A stretch of DNA of 64,000 bases from the NCBI GenBank assembly GCA_964016885.1, contig OZ024744.1:106392001-106456000 (forward strand). Reading direction: 5' to 3'. The notes beneath the pieces were generated by a model, which had not been told where the DNA came from, did not search any database, and saw only the letters and a program-made list of their open reading frames with translations. The translations under genes and the position numbers were made by a program. Below, one piece after another: positions 12,746-25,740 of this stretch (within the stretch, counting starts at the first letter, position 1; every line of letters begins with the position of its first letter). The stretch is from Eledone cirrhosa (Eukaryota).

Positions 12746-13098
12746 GAGACACATGGCTTAGTGGTTAGAGCATTGGCTTTGCAATCAAAAGGTTGTGAGT
12801 TCAATTCTCTGACCGGGTGATGTGTTGTTTCCTTGAGCAAGACACTTTATTTCACATTGTTCCAGTTTACTCAGCTGTAGAAATGAGATGATAGGACTGG
12901 GGTCCCTATCATTCCACTGCAAAGTGGTCGTGGAGGTGCCACGGCAAAAAAGCACCCAGCACTCACTGTAAATGAGGTTGGTGTTAGGAAGGGCATCCAG
13001 CTGTAGAAATCAAGCCAGAATCAGTTCCCGTCCCACCCTTGCAAGCAGGGGAAAAGCGGACGTAAAATGAAATGATGAAATGATGATGATGAAATGAT
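12746..13098 (+). mobile_element. tRNA-derived CORE-type SINE with RTE-related body and tail
   Basis: A box TGGCTTAGTGG, B box GAGTTCAATTC, CORE-like TCCTTGAGCAAGACACTT...CAGCTGTAGAAATG; 3' end matches the family B LINE end at 51977-52037; (GAT)n tail. Confidence 0.9.
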
Positions 13099-13354
13099 GT
13101 TACATCCGGGTGTCTCTGTGTTTATATTTGTTTATTTATTTGTTTATTTACATGTTACTGGTTGGTTGTTTGTTCTATGTGTGTGTGTGTTTTCATTTTG
13201 CCCTTAATTGTAATTTGTGATGTTGCTATTCCATTCATGTTTTCTATTTAATTTGGTTGGAGTTCATTTATGTTTATTGCCTCTGTGATTTGTCTAAACA
13301 TTGCGTCTTTTCTGTGTGTAGATTCTATTTTTATTTCTACGTTCTCTAATTTGC

Positions 13355-13673
13355 CCTTCCCACTACCCACACCCCATCCACACCACCCCTTTCAATGTAA
13401 AGTTATGTTGGTGTCACAACATCCAGCCCGAAACAAATGAGGTCGTGTAGGTGACACGACAAAAAAAACACACAGTCCACGCTGTAATGTGGCCGTGTAG
13501 GTAACACGGTAAAAACCTCCCAGTTCCACACTGTAAATCTGGTTGGTGTTAGGAAGGGCATCCAGCCATAGAAAACCAGCCAGACAGTCCTATGCGAGCA
13601 AGACAACCACTCTTGCCTCAAGTGGGAAAACTCCTGTCCAAACCCATGCAAGCGTGGAATATGGACGTTAAAC

Positions 13674-13707
<34 letters not shown>
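13355..13707 (+). mobile_element. RTE family A isolated 3'UTR
   Basis: Matches 34510-34850; ends in (GAT)n. Confidence 0.88.
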
Positions 13708-14137
13708 TTCTATTTTAGCATGTTGGTGAAGTATTGAGGATTCTTTTTTATCTTGAAGTTCTCGCCAGTGTTCATTTAACCGTTCTCCTATACTACAAGC
13801 TGTCTCAGCTATGTACACTATATTCTTATCTTTACATTGTCCTTCAGTACATCTTATGCTAAATACTACATTTCTAGTTTTTCAGTTAATATGGGGGCTT
13901 AGTTTACAGATGATGCATTTCTTATCTATACAGGGAGGTCTTTGAAAAGGGTATGTATTGCTAATAAGTGTTTTTTATGGAGTTACCTGGTCTTTCTACT
14001 ATCTTAATATTAAGTTTATGTTTATCTAAGGCCCTTCTAAATTTGTAAGCTAATTCACCTCTAGTGGTTGTATTGATGAACATTACACTCTGGTATTTAT
14101 TGCTATATAGTAATAAATACCAGAGTGTAATGTTCAT
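13708..14137 (-). mobile_element. Penelope-like element fragment (GIY-YIG region) with inverted 5' duplication
   Basis: Cys-rich linker (PPCIDKKCIIC), VVFSIRC...YIAETACSIGERLNEH...SILHQH; short fold-back at ~14077-14137. Confidence 0.8.
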
Positions 14138-14499
14138 AGATGTGGTCCTTCTGTTAATCTGTAAATCCAGTTTGGGGAGAATATACAGAATATATAGTGT
14201 CTGTAGTATTGCTCAAGGTTAATCTAAATTTAATTATTCTATTCATTCCTACCACACCTACCCCATTATTGCTACCTACCCAGAAGAATTTGTAGCATTG
14301 TTCTATGCCTGTAATGATGATCTCAAGAATGAGTGCTCAATACCATAGTCTTGTTACTTTAGAGTTTCTCTGTGAATACACAGAACAAACTCTTAAGTAA
14401 CAAGACTCAAGCTCAGCCTTAATATATATAAATATAATTGTTTCTACTTTTGGCACAAGGCCAACAATTATCACAGTGTATTACTGGTACTTTATTTTA

Positions 14500-15260
14500 A
14501 ATAGTCAATGTACCTGCATCACAAAATTCAAGAAGTCTAACTCCTTCTTCATTTCTTGAGCCGTAACCGTGCCCACCATGTACCCCAGTGTAACCATCCT
14601 GGAGCTGTCCAACATGACCATTGAAGTCTCCTGCTAGCATAACGATGTCTCCGTCCTCTGTCATTGCGATTGTTTGTAAAAGTTGCTCGTAAAAGCAGTC
14701 TTTCTCATCTTTGCCTAGGCCTGCTTGGGGAGCATAGGCCGAGATGATTGTCAGTAGTCTCCTGCCTACAACTAATCTAAGCTTAATTATTCGATTACTA
14801 ACTCGAACTACCTCTATTGTCTTATTGATCCATTTCTCAGCCAGGAAAATGCCTACTCCCCCTAACCCATCATCCTTACCTACCCAGAATAGCTTATAGC
14901 TAAGACGTTTGCCTACGACTAGTCTCGCAGAGGCACCTCTCCATGTCACCTCTTGCACGCAGCACACATCCACCTGCCTTCTTTCCAGCATCTCCGCTAT
15001 TTCAGCAGATCTACCTCTGAGAGTGCCAACATTAGGTGTTGCAACTCTGAGATGCGACGTCTTCATATTTTGTTGTTGTTCCTATTTGTTCCTGTGCTGA
15101 TAAGCATTTTGGCATTGATACACTGGTTGGATGCCCTTCCTAACACCAGCGCCATTTTACAACATGGACTGGGTGCTTTTATTTGTGCCACCAGCACTAG
15201 AGAGGATGTCTTACTAGACTCAAGGGCCCTCTCTACCCCTCCATTTTACAGCATGGTCAT
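14500..15260 (-). mobile_element. RTE family B 5' part (5'UTR + APE endonuclease)
   Basis: ORF 14497-15066 (NVGTLRGR, VQEV, AYAPQAG, GDFNGHVG); its end overlaps by similarity with 33290-33325; upstream motif GGTGTTAGGAAGGGCATCC. Confidence 0.88.
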
Positions 15261-15519
15261 TTAAAAAAAAAAAAAAAAAATTATTGACACGACACACACA
15301 CACACTCACACACCAACACTCATGCATACAAACCACAAACACACACACGCCACTTACATACCAACACTCATTCATGCATACAAACACACACACCACTCAC
15401 AAACACATATATATATTACCGGCAGTACTGATACAAATACAAAATCAAAATCATGTCAACTGTTGACTTTTCCCAGTCCAGTTCAGTTTTTGTATAATAA
15501 TAATAATAATTATATATAT

Positions 15520-16400
15520 ATAATAATAATAATAATAATTATATATATATATATATATAATGAAAATGATTGTGTACAGTGCTCAGGTGCACTACAACTC
15601 ATCAAAGGTACCAGATGTCGAGATTTGATGTATCCCTGCCCAGGGAAGGAAGGTGTTCAGAGTATGGTAGATGACTGATGGAGGATATTCATTTGGTTGC
15701 ACATCTCTGAATAGTTTCCAGATCAATATTCTGAGCATGATAGGGCTTGCAGACTGGTGATGCAAATTCACACTATAGCTATATACAGCTTTAAATAGAT
15801 AGCTAGAAAGCAGCTGACAAAGGTCTTACTGAGTGATGCTAAGACACCCTCGGACTTCTTGACAATTTTAGAGATGTGCTTTGTCCAACGCAAATCGCTG
15901 TTGACAATAATGCCCAGGTCACGTTCACAAGAAGACTCCTTGAGATTGGTGTTGTGGAGGGAATATGTGGAAGATGGGTTTTTACTCCCAAAATGCATGG
16001 TGGTACACTTGTCCACAGCCAGCTTGAGCTGCCAGTCTGTAATCCATTGCTGCATTGTTGTCCAGGTCTGATTGCAGGAAAGATCTATAGTGTTCAGGAT
16101 CAGTCCTTTTTATCTCAAGGTACAGCTTGATGTCATCTGCATATTTCAGTACTGTGGCATCTATGTCATTAATATATGCAAGAAACAAAAGGGGACCAAG
16201 AACAGATCCCTGTGGTACTCCAGATGTCATCTCATAGGGTGAAGAATGCTGTCCTAGAACCATGACTACTTCTTTTCGACTGAGAATGAAGGACTCCAAC
16301 CAGTTACAAAGATCATCTCTCACACCTACTGCAGAGAGTTTTGCGATAAATCTTTTGTGTCACACAGAATTAAAAGCTTTAGCAAAGTCAAGATAAATAA
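15520..16400 (-). mobile_element. CR1/L2-group LINE, internally deleted
   Basis: GVPQGSVLGPLLF, YADDIK, ERDLGI; same 3' tail as 7535-7587. Confidence 0.9.
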
Positions 16401-16401
16401 C

Positions 16402-16470
16402 TGTTTCTACTTTAGGCACAAGGCCAGCAATTACCCAGTGCATTACTGGTACTTTATTTTATCGACCCCG
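16402..16470 (-). mobile_element. Nin-type SINE 3' fragment (another at ~14438-14496)
   Basis: TTTCTAC...GGCACAAGGCC...CTGGTACTTTATTTTATCGACCCC matches the fuller copies at 47028-47214 and 62085-62223. Confidence 0.75.
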
Positions 16471-18279
16471 TAAGTTTGGCGATGCATCTAGTAAGACTGA
16501 CTGGACGATTGTGGTCAGGTGACATGTTGTCTGGATTGTTCAACCAAGTATAAAGATGGAAAATAAGCTTTCAAATCATATTTAATTCATGTGTGTGTGT
16601 GTGTGCGCGCGCGCGCGTGTATATTTATATATATAAACACTCACACATATATACTTGCATGCATGTATGTATATATGCAACTGATAGCATATCGATTATC
16701 AATCTCATATTACAACCATTGTGATTGGCCAATTACTTTATCACGCTGTTTGTGATTGGTTGAATAATAATCCCGACAAACTAAGTTTAGTGAAACGATA
16801 TCATGGACAATGATAGATGACAGCTAAATCTGGCTGTAAACTATTGACTTTTTTTTAGATTGACCAACTCGTCATTTATTCCTTCATTGTGTATCAATGA
16901 TAATATTATTGTAATGTTTAATAAAAATAAAGAGAAAGTTTTCATTTTCTTAAGTTTTACCGTCAATGCTATCGAATGCAAAGCTTTCCCGTTATGATCA
17001 GCTAAAGTTATTTTCACACATAAATGTAACCATAGTGACTTCCCGTTTTTTTTTTTAAATAATTCTGAGATGGTAATTTAGTGTGATCGGAATTTGACTG
17101 CTACTTCTAGCAGGTCTAGCGACCAAAGTCTCATTGTCTAGCCTAGTGTTTTACCTTAGTTCTGTCACGAGGAAGTAAGTTTATTACCAAGAAAATTCAA
17201 ACCATCTTTCTTTTCAGCAATAGTAAAATTAGTACTATATTAAAGACTGTGTCCTATTTTTAAACACAATAAGATGTGATTTCATGGAGTTTGGGCTGTT
17301 ATTTCTAATGGTAGAGACGACAGCATAAAGCAGACATGGGCAAAATGAAGCCCGTTTGACTTTCTGAATGGCACGCTTAATTTCAAAATTGCCTTAAATG
17401 TTTTAATTGCGTGACCTGCCTTATGATGAAAGACATCTAATGCGGCCCACAATTCTAAAAAGGTTGCTTGTACTTGTCAGAGGTTTCCTCCCACGTTGGA
17501 TTGTTATTTATATGGGAGATAACTCTGCCAGATGTGGAATTAACGAAAATATTTATACCGGTATTTCAAATAAAGGGTAACCTTTACCCGACAGATATGG
17601 AGACGGCAAATAGTCTTAAAAATTCCCCTAAAGGACAATTGATGTATAATAGAGTACCAGACGTTAATAGATTACTGGTGTGTATGAGTTTAACTATTTT
17701 TATATGCATATATACTTTTATTTTCATTCTTTTTGTCACTTTGCCTGAAATATGTTTTAACAACATTAGGTATTTACTAATCATGTTTATGTTTTTCTTT
17801 AAACTATTAATATACAACTATATTTTCCATCTCTAAATTCTTTCTTAATTGGCTTCACACACTCATATTTATTTAGTTCTAAATCCTAGCCTAATTAGGT
17901 TGAACATAAAATATATAGATTTCGAATTTTGGCGGTCTATATATTTATATATTTATGTAAGTGTGTGTGCAATAATCGTTCAGGGTAACATTTTACAAAA
18001 ACAAAATTTCACCTCAAACTCGAGACGGATATAATTGTGAAAACATACTTCGTTCAGTCGTTAATAAATAGCGAAATGCTTGTTAAGGAATTCAAAGACT
18101 TTATTTTAACCATGGAAATATTAACTGTTCAATAATGTTCAATGTTTGAACTATTTAGAATAAACTACGTGATCATTGCATAATGTAGCCCTGCATCATT
18201 TCAGGGAACTTTGTCTGCTATTTCTAGCAGGTCGAGTGACTTCGAACAGGCTCCCTCGTATATGTTGTTTATCATTTTA

Positions 18280-19330
18280 CACATGCTGCTTGCAACTTGT
18301 TTAATGTCGCTCTGCTAACAACATGTGTACGGTTTATGTGACTGGGACCGTGCAGACCGATGTGTGGAATCCAAAGTTTTCGGTATGTCTGCGATGCGCT
18401 TTTTTCATCCCTCTTTTCAGCCACAAGTTGACCTCTCTTCACATCTGCCATGCCCCTGCGGATATTCTGATGTTATATGTCGCCGTCTCAGCCTTCATCT
18501 CCCAGATGGAAGAAGGGATATTGCAGGCTTTCGTTTCTCTCTTGCATGCGTCCCTGAAACAGAGTGAAGGACGACCCATTCGCCTGGTGCCGGTGGCCAG
18601 CTGTCTGCACAAGATGCCTTTTAGCAACCTCCCATTCTCCATACGTCGAATATGTCCTAGCTAACGAAGATGGCGCTGGCTCAGCAGGAAATACATGCTG
18701 GCAATCCTAGTACGCTGTAGGATGTCATTGTGTGGGATATGGTCCTGCCAGCTGACTCTGAGGATACGTTTGAAACACCACATGTGGTAGGGGTTGTAGG
18801 TGCTCAAGGTTTCACTTCCATACAGCAAAATGCTAAGAACATGTACCTGGTAGACTCTGTTTGTGGTGGGATCTGTCACTGCCTTGTTCTCCCACACCCT
18901 CTAGGTTTCACTTCCATACAGCAAAGTGCTAAGAACACAGGTCTAGTAGACTCTGTTCCTGGTGGGGTCTGTCATGCTTTGTTCTCCCACACCCTCTTAG
19001 TCTAGCCATGATGGTGTTTGACTTACCAAGCCACCTGTCAAGTTCAACGTTGAATAAAAGGATGTTGCTGATTGTAGACCCCAGGTAGGTGAAGTTGTCC
19101 ACAGCGTCCAGGGTGACATTATCAATTTTGGTTTTGATGGAGGCTGTCCTATTGACATCCTGTGAACTGACATTGGTCTTCAGTTTTATAGTAAGCCCAA
19201 ACTGCTTGCATCATTAAAGTGATCACTCAGTCTCTGAAGAGTAACCTCAGAGTGAGCCCCAAGGGCCGCATCATCAGAAAAAAGCATCTCCCTTATGAGC
19301 ACCCTCCTCACCTTAGTCTCCAAGCACAGC
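18280..19330 (-). mobile_element. RTE/BovB-like LINE fragment (no PHD)
   Basis: REMLFSDDAAL, DNFTYLGS, LLYGSET, QLATGTRRMGRPSLCFRD; internal ~100-bp duplication at 18800-19000. Confidence 0.82.
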
Positions 19331-19739
19331 TATGATAGATTAACAAACCCTAATCCTAACAGGTATATATGCATTGAATTAGACGGATCTAGTAAGATAT
19401 ATTCATTTTCTTATTTCGAGCTCTAATACCAACGATCTGAGGTCTGCTCTCACCTTAATGTAATTCTCGGGGAGATTCAGCAGGACACAGTGTGTGACAA
19501 GGCTGGCCCTTTAACTTACAGGTACAGTCCATCTTAGTGTAAGTGGCTGAGTATTCCACAGACACATGTATCCATTGGGGAATTTTCTTTTCAGCAGTCT
19601 CTTTATTAGCTTTCACAAACTTCTCTCATAATTTTCTGCACCAACAGTTCTTGTTGAACACCGTCACCATTTACAGTTTCTGCAAGTCTGAATCTTTCAG
19701 ATCACCCAAGGTATATCTGATTTTCCTTGGTTGACATTG

Positions 19740-20100
19740 TACCACACACAGGCAAATCCTCCTTCCTAACAGGATCGAGTCCATAACACATTCTAATAGC
19801 CGTGGGTTTGTGAGTATCCCCACTCCTGCCTGTGCAGTCATTTCTGGTGCCACATCTGAATAGTGGAGTTTCCATCCTCCATCCAAATCTAGAGTATCAG
19901 AGCCATGGAACTTTGTTGAAGAAACCCCGACTATAACTAGCCGGTAGCATCTAGCCTCTTCCACTAGTTCCTGCTCCTTACCTGTATGGGTTGTGATGTT
20001 CCAGGTTCCAACTGTCAAGGTTTGCTCTCTTTCAGACCCTCTTTGAGGTCTCAGGATATGCAAACTTTATGCGTCCATCCCACGCCTCCCAGGACAGGTT
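19740..20100 (-). mobile_element. RTE (Expander/Rex3-like) endonuclease fragment
   Basis: TVGTWNITT..GKEQELVEEA..IVGVSSTK..GWKLHYS..AQAGVGIL. Confidence 0.8.
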
Positions 20101-20377
20101 GCAGGTCCATCACTAGTTTTTGCAGTATGAAATGATGAAATGGAGACTACAATATATTTTTTGAACAAGCCCCTCTACCAAAGGCCTGAACATATACCTT
20201 GTTAACCCGCGCGAAGGTCGATGCAGTCTCATCATCGATTAACATCTATCTTCCACCCTAGCATGGGTTAGACATTTAGAGGCAAGTTGGGTCAGGTGAC
20301 CTTATACCGCTCATATAGGACTGTTTCTGGCAGGTTTTCTATAACTGGATGCCCTGCCAAATGCCAACCACTTTACA

Positions 20378-21598
20378 AAAGTAAAGGGGATGCTCTAGAG
20401 AGGAGCAATTATAGGGGCATGAAGCTGATGGATCAGGTTATGAAAGTGGAAGAGAGAATATTAGCGCAACTGATTAGAGAAAGGGTCAAATTAGATGAGA
20501 TGCAGTTTGGTTTTGTGCCTTGGAAAAGTACAACAGATGCCCTCTTCTTAGTGAGGCAACTACAAGGGAGGTTCTTAGAGAAGAATAAGCCACTATACTT
20601 AGCCTTTGTTGACCTAGAGAAGGCCTTTAATAGGGTACTCCGATCTGTCATCTGGTGGTCCCTAAGGAAACTAGGTGTTGAGGAATGGCTTGTGAGAACA
20701 GTGCAAGCTATGTACAGAGGTGCTGTCAGTAAAGTGAGAGTAGGAATGGAGTTTAGTGAGGAATTCCAGATACAAGTAGGTGTACATCAGGGTTCGGTCC
20801 TCAGCCCGCACTTGTTCATTATAGTCCTCCAAGCCATAACTGAGGAGTTTAAGACTGGATGCCCATGGGAACTTCTCTATGCTGATGATCTGGTTCTTAT
20901 AGCAGAATCAGTAGAGGAGCTAGAGAATAAATTCTGGCTATGGAAACAGCAGTTGGAAGCAAGAGGACTGAGAGTGAACATAGCTAAGACAAAAGTGTTG
21001 ATGAGTAGAAGAGAGGACAAAACTCTGATTCCATCAGGGAAATGGCCATGTTCAATATGTAGGAAAGGAACTGGCATAAATTCCATAAAATGTACGCAAT
21101 GCAGATCTTGGGTACATAAGAGATGTAGTGGGATAGCAGGCAAACTAACAGGTAGGGAAAACTATGTATGCAGTAGATGTACAGGGAAAGTTGGCAGTAG
21201 TAATGGCAGTGATAGAGACATTGTTCCAATACAGGTGGGTTCTATAAAAGTGGTTGATAGCTTCCGGTACCTAGGTGATCAGATTAGCATGGGAGAGGGG
21301 TGTTCCGAGGCCATAGTATCTAGAATAAGGATGGGTTGGAAGAAGTTTAGGGAGCTGCTTCCTCTGTTGACAAAGAAGGGTTTCTCCCTGCATACGAAAG
21401 GACAGTTATATGATACCCATGTGAGATACGCGATGCTGCATGGTAGTGAGACATGGGCAGCAACTGCAGAGGATATGCGACGGTTGGAGAGAAATGAAGC
21501 AAGTATGCCCCGTTGGATGTGCAATGTCAATGTGCGTGAACGACCAAGCATAGACGAGTTGAGAAAGAAACTGTGTATAAGAGGGATAAGTTGTAGTG
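20378..21598 (+). mobile_element. RTE family B RT-PHD fragment
   Basis: Open 20287-21681 frame: QFGF, YADD, CSICRKGTGINSIKCTQCRSWVHKRC...YVCSRC, FRYLG. Confidence 0.93.
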
Positions 21599-21604
21599 TG
21601 CTTT

Positions 21605-23330
21605 TGATGACTCTGATGCTTTTGGCATCTCAGCAACTATTCCTGATGAACCAGCTGCTTTCCCGGTCTTCATATCCTTAATTGCCTTACTTACTACACA
21701 GCTGCTGACTTGTACAGCTGGGCCTTCAATGGGGTCTGCTTGGGGTAGGGTCTCTTTCATAATGGCTCTTCCACGTATCTTCCTCTCAGCATCTGTGAGG
21801 GCAAGTGCACCTTTATAATCCTAGACACACTTCTCTCCAATGACATCATAATTTTCTCTAACACACTGCCTCACAATCCTGAACACCTCCTGTTTCAGGT
21901 CCTCATGCAGCAAAACATGCTTGAATTTTTTATCCTCCGCTTCCCTCCTTGCTAAGTATACTTGTCACCTAGCTTCCCTCCTAGTCTCTATGTAATGTAC
22001 CCTCCTTCCACCATTCTTCTATTGTTTCCATGCCTGTCTCTTAGCCTTAACTGCCTCATCTACCTTATTGTTCCACCTCCAAGTCACTCTCCTTTTCCCT
22101 GTAGTCTTGCTCCAATCTCAGATCTCGTCTGTTGCCTTTAGTAGGTTATATTTTAGGAACTCCCATTGCTCATCTTCATTGAATGTCTTTAACTGTTCTT
22201 CTTTACTGTCATAAATGTCAAGTAAAATATCTCTAAATTTGTTACTGGCTGAGGGATCTTTCAGCTTCCAAATCTTTCTTCTCCAGGTTGCCTTCTATTT
22301 CAAAGTTTGTCTAGCTCTGACAGTGAGATCGCTGACTACTAGGCTGTGTTGGGAGGTACATTCCTCATCCAGGAAGGCCTCATCCTCTGATGAGGATAAA
22401 ATCTGTCTGACTAGAATGCTCCCCTGATCTATAGGTGATCAGGTGGTTGTTGGGTTTTTTGAACTTTGTGTTACATATCAACAGGTCATTGGCATCACAG
22501 AATTCTAGAAGCCTGTAACCTTCTTCATTTCTTGTGCCAAACCTGTAGCCGCCATGGACTCTGTAGAAGCCATAACTGTTTCCCAACGTGTCCGTTAGAG
22601 TCCCCTGCAATGAATAGGAAGTCATTGTTGTTCATTAGAGTGGAAGTGTGCATTAGGGACTCATAAAACCTACCGTTAAGTTTGTCTGGCAACCCCGATT
22701 GGGGTGCGTAAGCTGATATGATTGTGGCAATTGTTTTATTTATAGGAATAGTCTGAGTTTAATGCTTCTCACATTCACCCTGTTAACTGATATTACCTTA
22801 TATACCCATTTGTCAGCTAATAGTATACCTACACCACCCAACCCGTTGTCATTTCCCACCCAGAAAAATTTGTAACACTATTTTTTACCAACGAGGAGCC
22901 TAGCAGACCCTCCTCTTCATCTAGTCTCTTGCACACAACATACATCAATTTCCTTTCGCTCTAACATCGCTATAATTTCTCCTGTTCTTCCTTTCATTAT
23001 GGTCACATTGATGGTGCCAATTCAGAATTTTGGGAGTTTGGCGTCTATGGTGGGGGAGGGTGGGTTTTTGTGGAGTAGAGGGTGGGTGTATGTTTTCTGT
23101 ATCTGAAACGTATGGGTTCATATTCATTCCAAGTTGTTCATCATTTTCAGTTCATCCATAGACAACGATAGTCAGATTTCTCGAGAGGAGAATGGTTAAG
23201 AAAGATAACTAGTAGTAGCATTTGTTGCTGTGGGTGATGGATGAAGGTATGTTGTGGTTTGATTGGTCAGTGAGTCTATGGTGATGTGTGGAAGGGAGAA
23301 GGGGGAGATAGATAAGTAAGTATAAATACA
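21605..23330 (-). mobile_element. RTE family C-like 5' half (5'UTR, EN, linker), decayed
   Basis: Similar to 52400-54310; RLLEFCDAND, RVTWRWN, DPIEGPAVQV. Confidence 0.85.
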
Positions 23331-23419
23331 TTGGGCTCTGAGAAAGTCTAGTTGTCTATCTGTCTATGGACAGCAAAAAATAGATGAATTATACAGTCAT
23401 TATAAATGGAATACGATAA

Positions 23420-23610
23420 ACCAACTGTTGTGGTTGTACCTCTGGCAGTGGAGACTTCTGGTGTCCTCGACCCCAGGGATACCTCCCTACTCACCACCAT
23501 AGGCGCTGAGCTGGCCAGCCGCAGGTGTGAACCCCGCGAGTTGGAGTGGCTTTTCCAGCGCGTCTCCCTTGCCGTCCTCTGCAGGAACGCCTTCTCCATC
23601 GTGTCCGCCG
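23420..23610 (+). mobile_element. CRE-like non-LTR element C-terminal (restriction-like endonuclease) fragment
   Basis: PLAVETSG...EPRELEWLFQRVSLAVLCRNAFSI resembles the P.A.ET.G...L.QR.S.A..RGNA signature; GC-rich relative to flanks. Confidence 0.6.
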
Positions 23611-24039
23611 GGGCTGTGGGAGGCCCCATCGTGTAACATTCCATATTTAGGTATCCAGATTAATGGTTTTTAGGGTATTATATTCAACATAGCTCATAAC
23701 ACAATATAAACCAACTTGCTGGCCTTGTAGCTTGAAGAATGAATGGTTCGTTTTTGGTTTCCTCATCATATTGCAGTTTCAGTAGTCTTATGCATGCCAC
23801 TCATCAATAGACTAGGCTTTTTAGAGTCTGCCTTTACTCACATCGTTGTAGCTACATTTCTAGGTTGTAAGAGTTTTATTGGGAGCTACAGATATCACCC
23901 ATTGCTCCATCTCCCCTAGTTTATCACTGTTGGTCCAGGGTTGCATATTCGTGCTGCAGTTACCCGCTTATATTGCAACAAACCATCATATCTGGTGGCC
24001 ATGTCACTATCCACCACTTGCAACTCATTCTCTAGCAGA

Positions 24040-24764
24040 ACAGCTCTACCAAGTGCTGCATGACTGTAATGAAAATAAGTGCTGCGAAAACTGAGACACT
24101 CGTCCTCTCAAAGAAGTCTGTCCACTGAAATCTACATGTAAATGGAGTTCCATTGAAGCAGGAAGAGAGGTTCAAGTATCTCGGGGCCATGTTCACGAGT
24201 GTTGGAAGGTAGGAGGCTGAATTCAGTGCAAGAATTCCAAAAGCTGGTGCAGTAATGTACCAGCTTCAGCATTCTGTAATCAGAAGAAGGGAGGTAGGTC
24301 TAAAAGCCAAACTCGCTATCTTCAATTCGGTATTCATGCCAACCCTTACCTATGGTCATGAATCTTGGGTAATGACCAAATGAATACGACCACAAATACA
24401 AGTGGCTGAAATGGGGTTCCAACCGAAGGGTCGTTACAGTAACGTTACTTGAAAAAGTACGTAACTCTGAGATCAGAGAGTCACTTCGAGCCACTACTTC
24501 TCCGAATTGATACTATGGACATGTGGTTAGAATGTCTCGGGAAAGAATCGCTGGACAGATTTTATGGGCAAAACCAACCGACAGGAGACCCAGTGGTGGA
24601 CCCCAAGCAAGATGGTTGGATAATATCTATGAGCTCGGCTGGTCGCGCTTAAGGTTCCAGCTGGATCAGTTGAAGACAGTTGCTTCTGACAGAACCTTCA
24701 GGAAGAAGTGTTTGAAGACTCTGCTTCCACAACCCTCTCAGGAGTAAGTGGGCAAAGAAGAAGA
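24040..24764 (+). mobile_element. RTE (Expander/Rex3-like) 3' part (no PHD)
   Basis: MKISAAKTETLVL..EERFKYLG, PTLTYGHESWV, RRPSGGPQARW; (GAA)n tail. Confidence 0.85.
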
Positions 24765-25740
24765 CATTGTACCATAAGTGGACACAGTTTGATCTTATCT
24801 GTTAGTATACAGTGGTCAGATCCAAGATTGCTAAAGCAGTTAAATGTCTCCTCTTCCTAGTTATTACTAGTTATTAGGATGTAGTCAGTCTAAGACTTAC
24901 TTCCATTCATATCCAATAGATATGTCCAGAGTTTTCCTCTTACATTACTAATGAGAATGTCATATTCCTGTGAATGTTTATTTAGGATGCTGCTATTCTT
25001 GTTAGTTGTTTCAGCAGAGAATTGTATCAGCATCTTCCATCAGTAATAGAAGAGAATGACACTTGCCAGTTACAGAGTGAGGAGATAGGAAATGAGCTTC
25101 TTCTGTGAGAACCATCAGATAGATACACAAAAAGGTGTGGAAGGAAAAGAAAAATTACATTGATAGACTGCTGACGATACTTGAGTTGATAGGAGAGCTC
25201 AGAAGTGTGATGATGGATAAAGAGCTTTGGAGGGTATGTGTAAAGATAGATGGGCAACCTGGCAGTCAGCATAGATAGACATGCACCCTTTAACATGATT
25301 CTCGGGGAGAGTTGGCATGGCACAGAATGTAATATGGCTGCTCCTTTGAATGAATAACAGCTATAATCCATCCAATGGGCTTCCAAATAGTTTCTGTCTA
25401 CCCAATTTCTCACAAGGCTATGGTGGAACCAATACTAAGTTAAATGGTACTTTCCAAAGATGCCACAATACACACACATGTGCCAAAGTAAATAAAACTT
25501 TAACTCTGTGTGTATATATAATGAATCCAGTGAAACTGACATGATATCTTAGTTTTCTTCTTTCAAAATATATTGTCAAATAACACCCAATAATTTATAC
25601 TGGGTGGATATGATTCACATACACATATTATATACACATCACACACACATATATATATTTATACCCAGCAATATACACATCACACACACACATATATATA
25701 TATATACCCAGCAATATACACATCACACACACATATCTAT

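Noticed and set aside
12746-12820. tRNA gene
   Set aside because: The A/B boxes are the head of a multi-copy SINE; there is no proper acceptor or anticodon stem pairing and the sequence continues into the CORE block and RTE tail.
20240-21598. Third twin-priming inversion
   Set aside because: The minus-strand 3'UTR piece is A/C-type while the plus-strand RT is family B, so these are probably independent insertions.
23842-24032. Minus-strand exon with GTGAGT donor
   Set aside because: The frames checked contain stops; the sequence resembles a decayed RTE 5' region.
24901-25110. Minus-strand exon ending at a GTAAG donor
   Set aside because: All frames from the apparent acceptor contain stops, and the plus strand reads as a decayed RTE C-terminus (ELYQHLP...ELRSVMMDKELWR).
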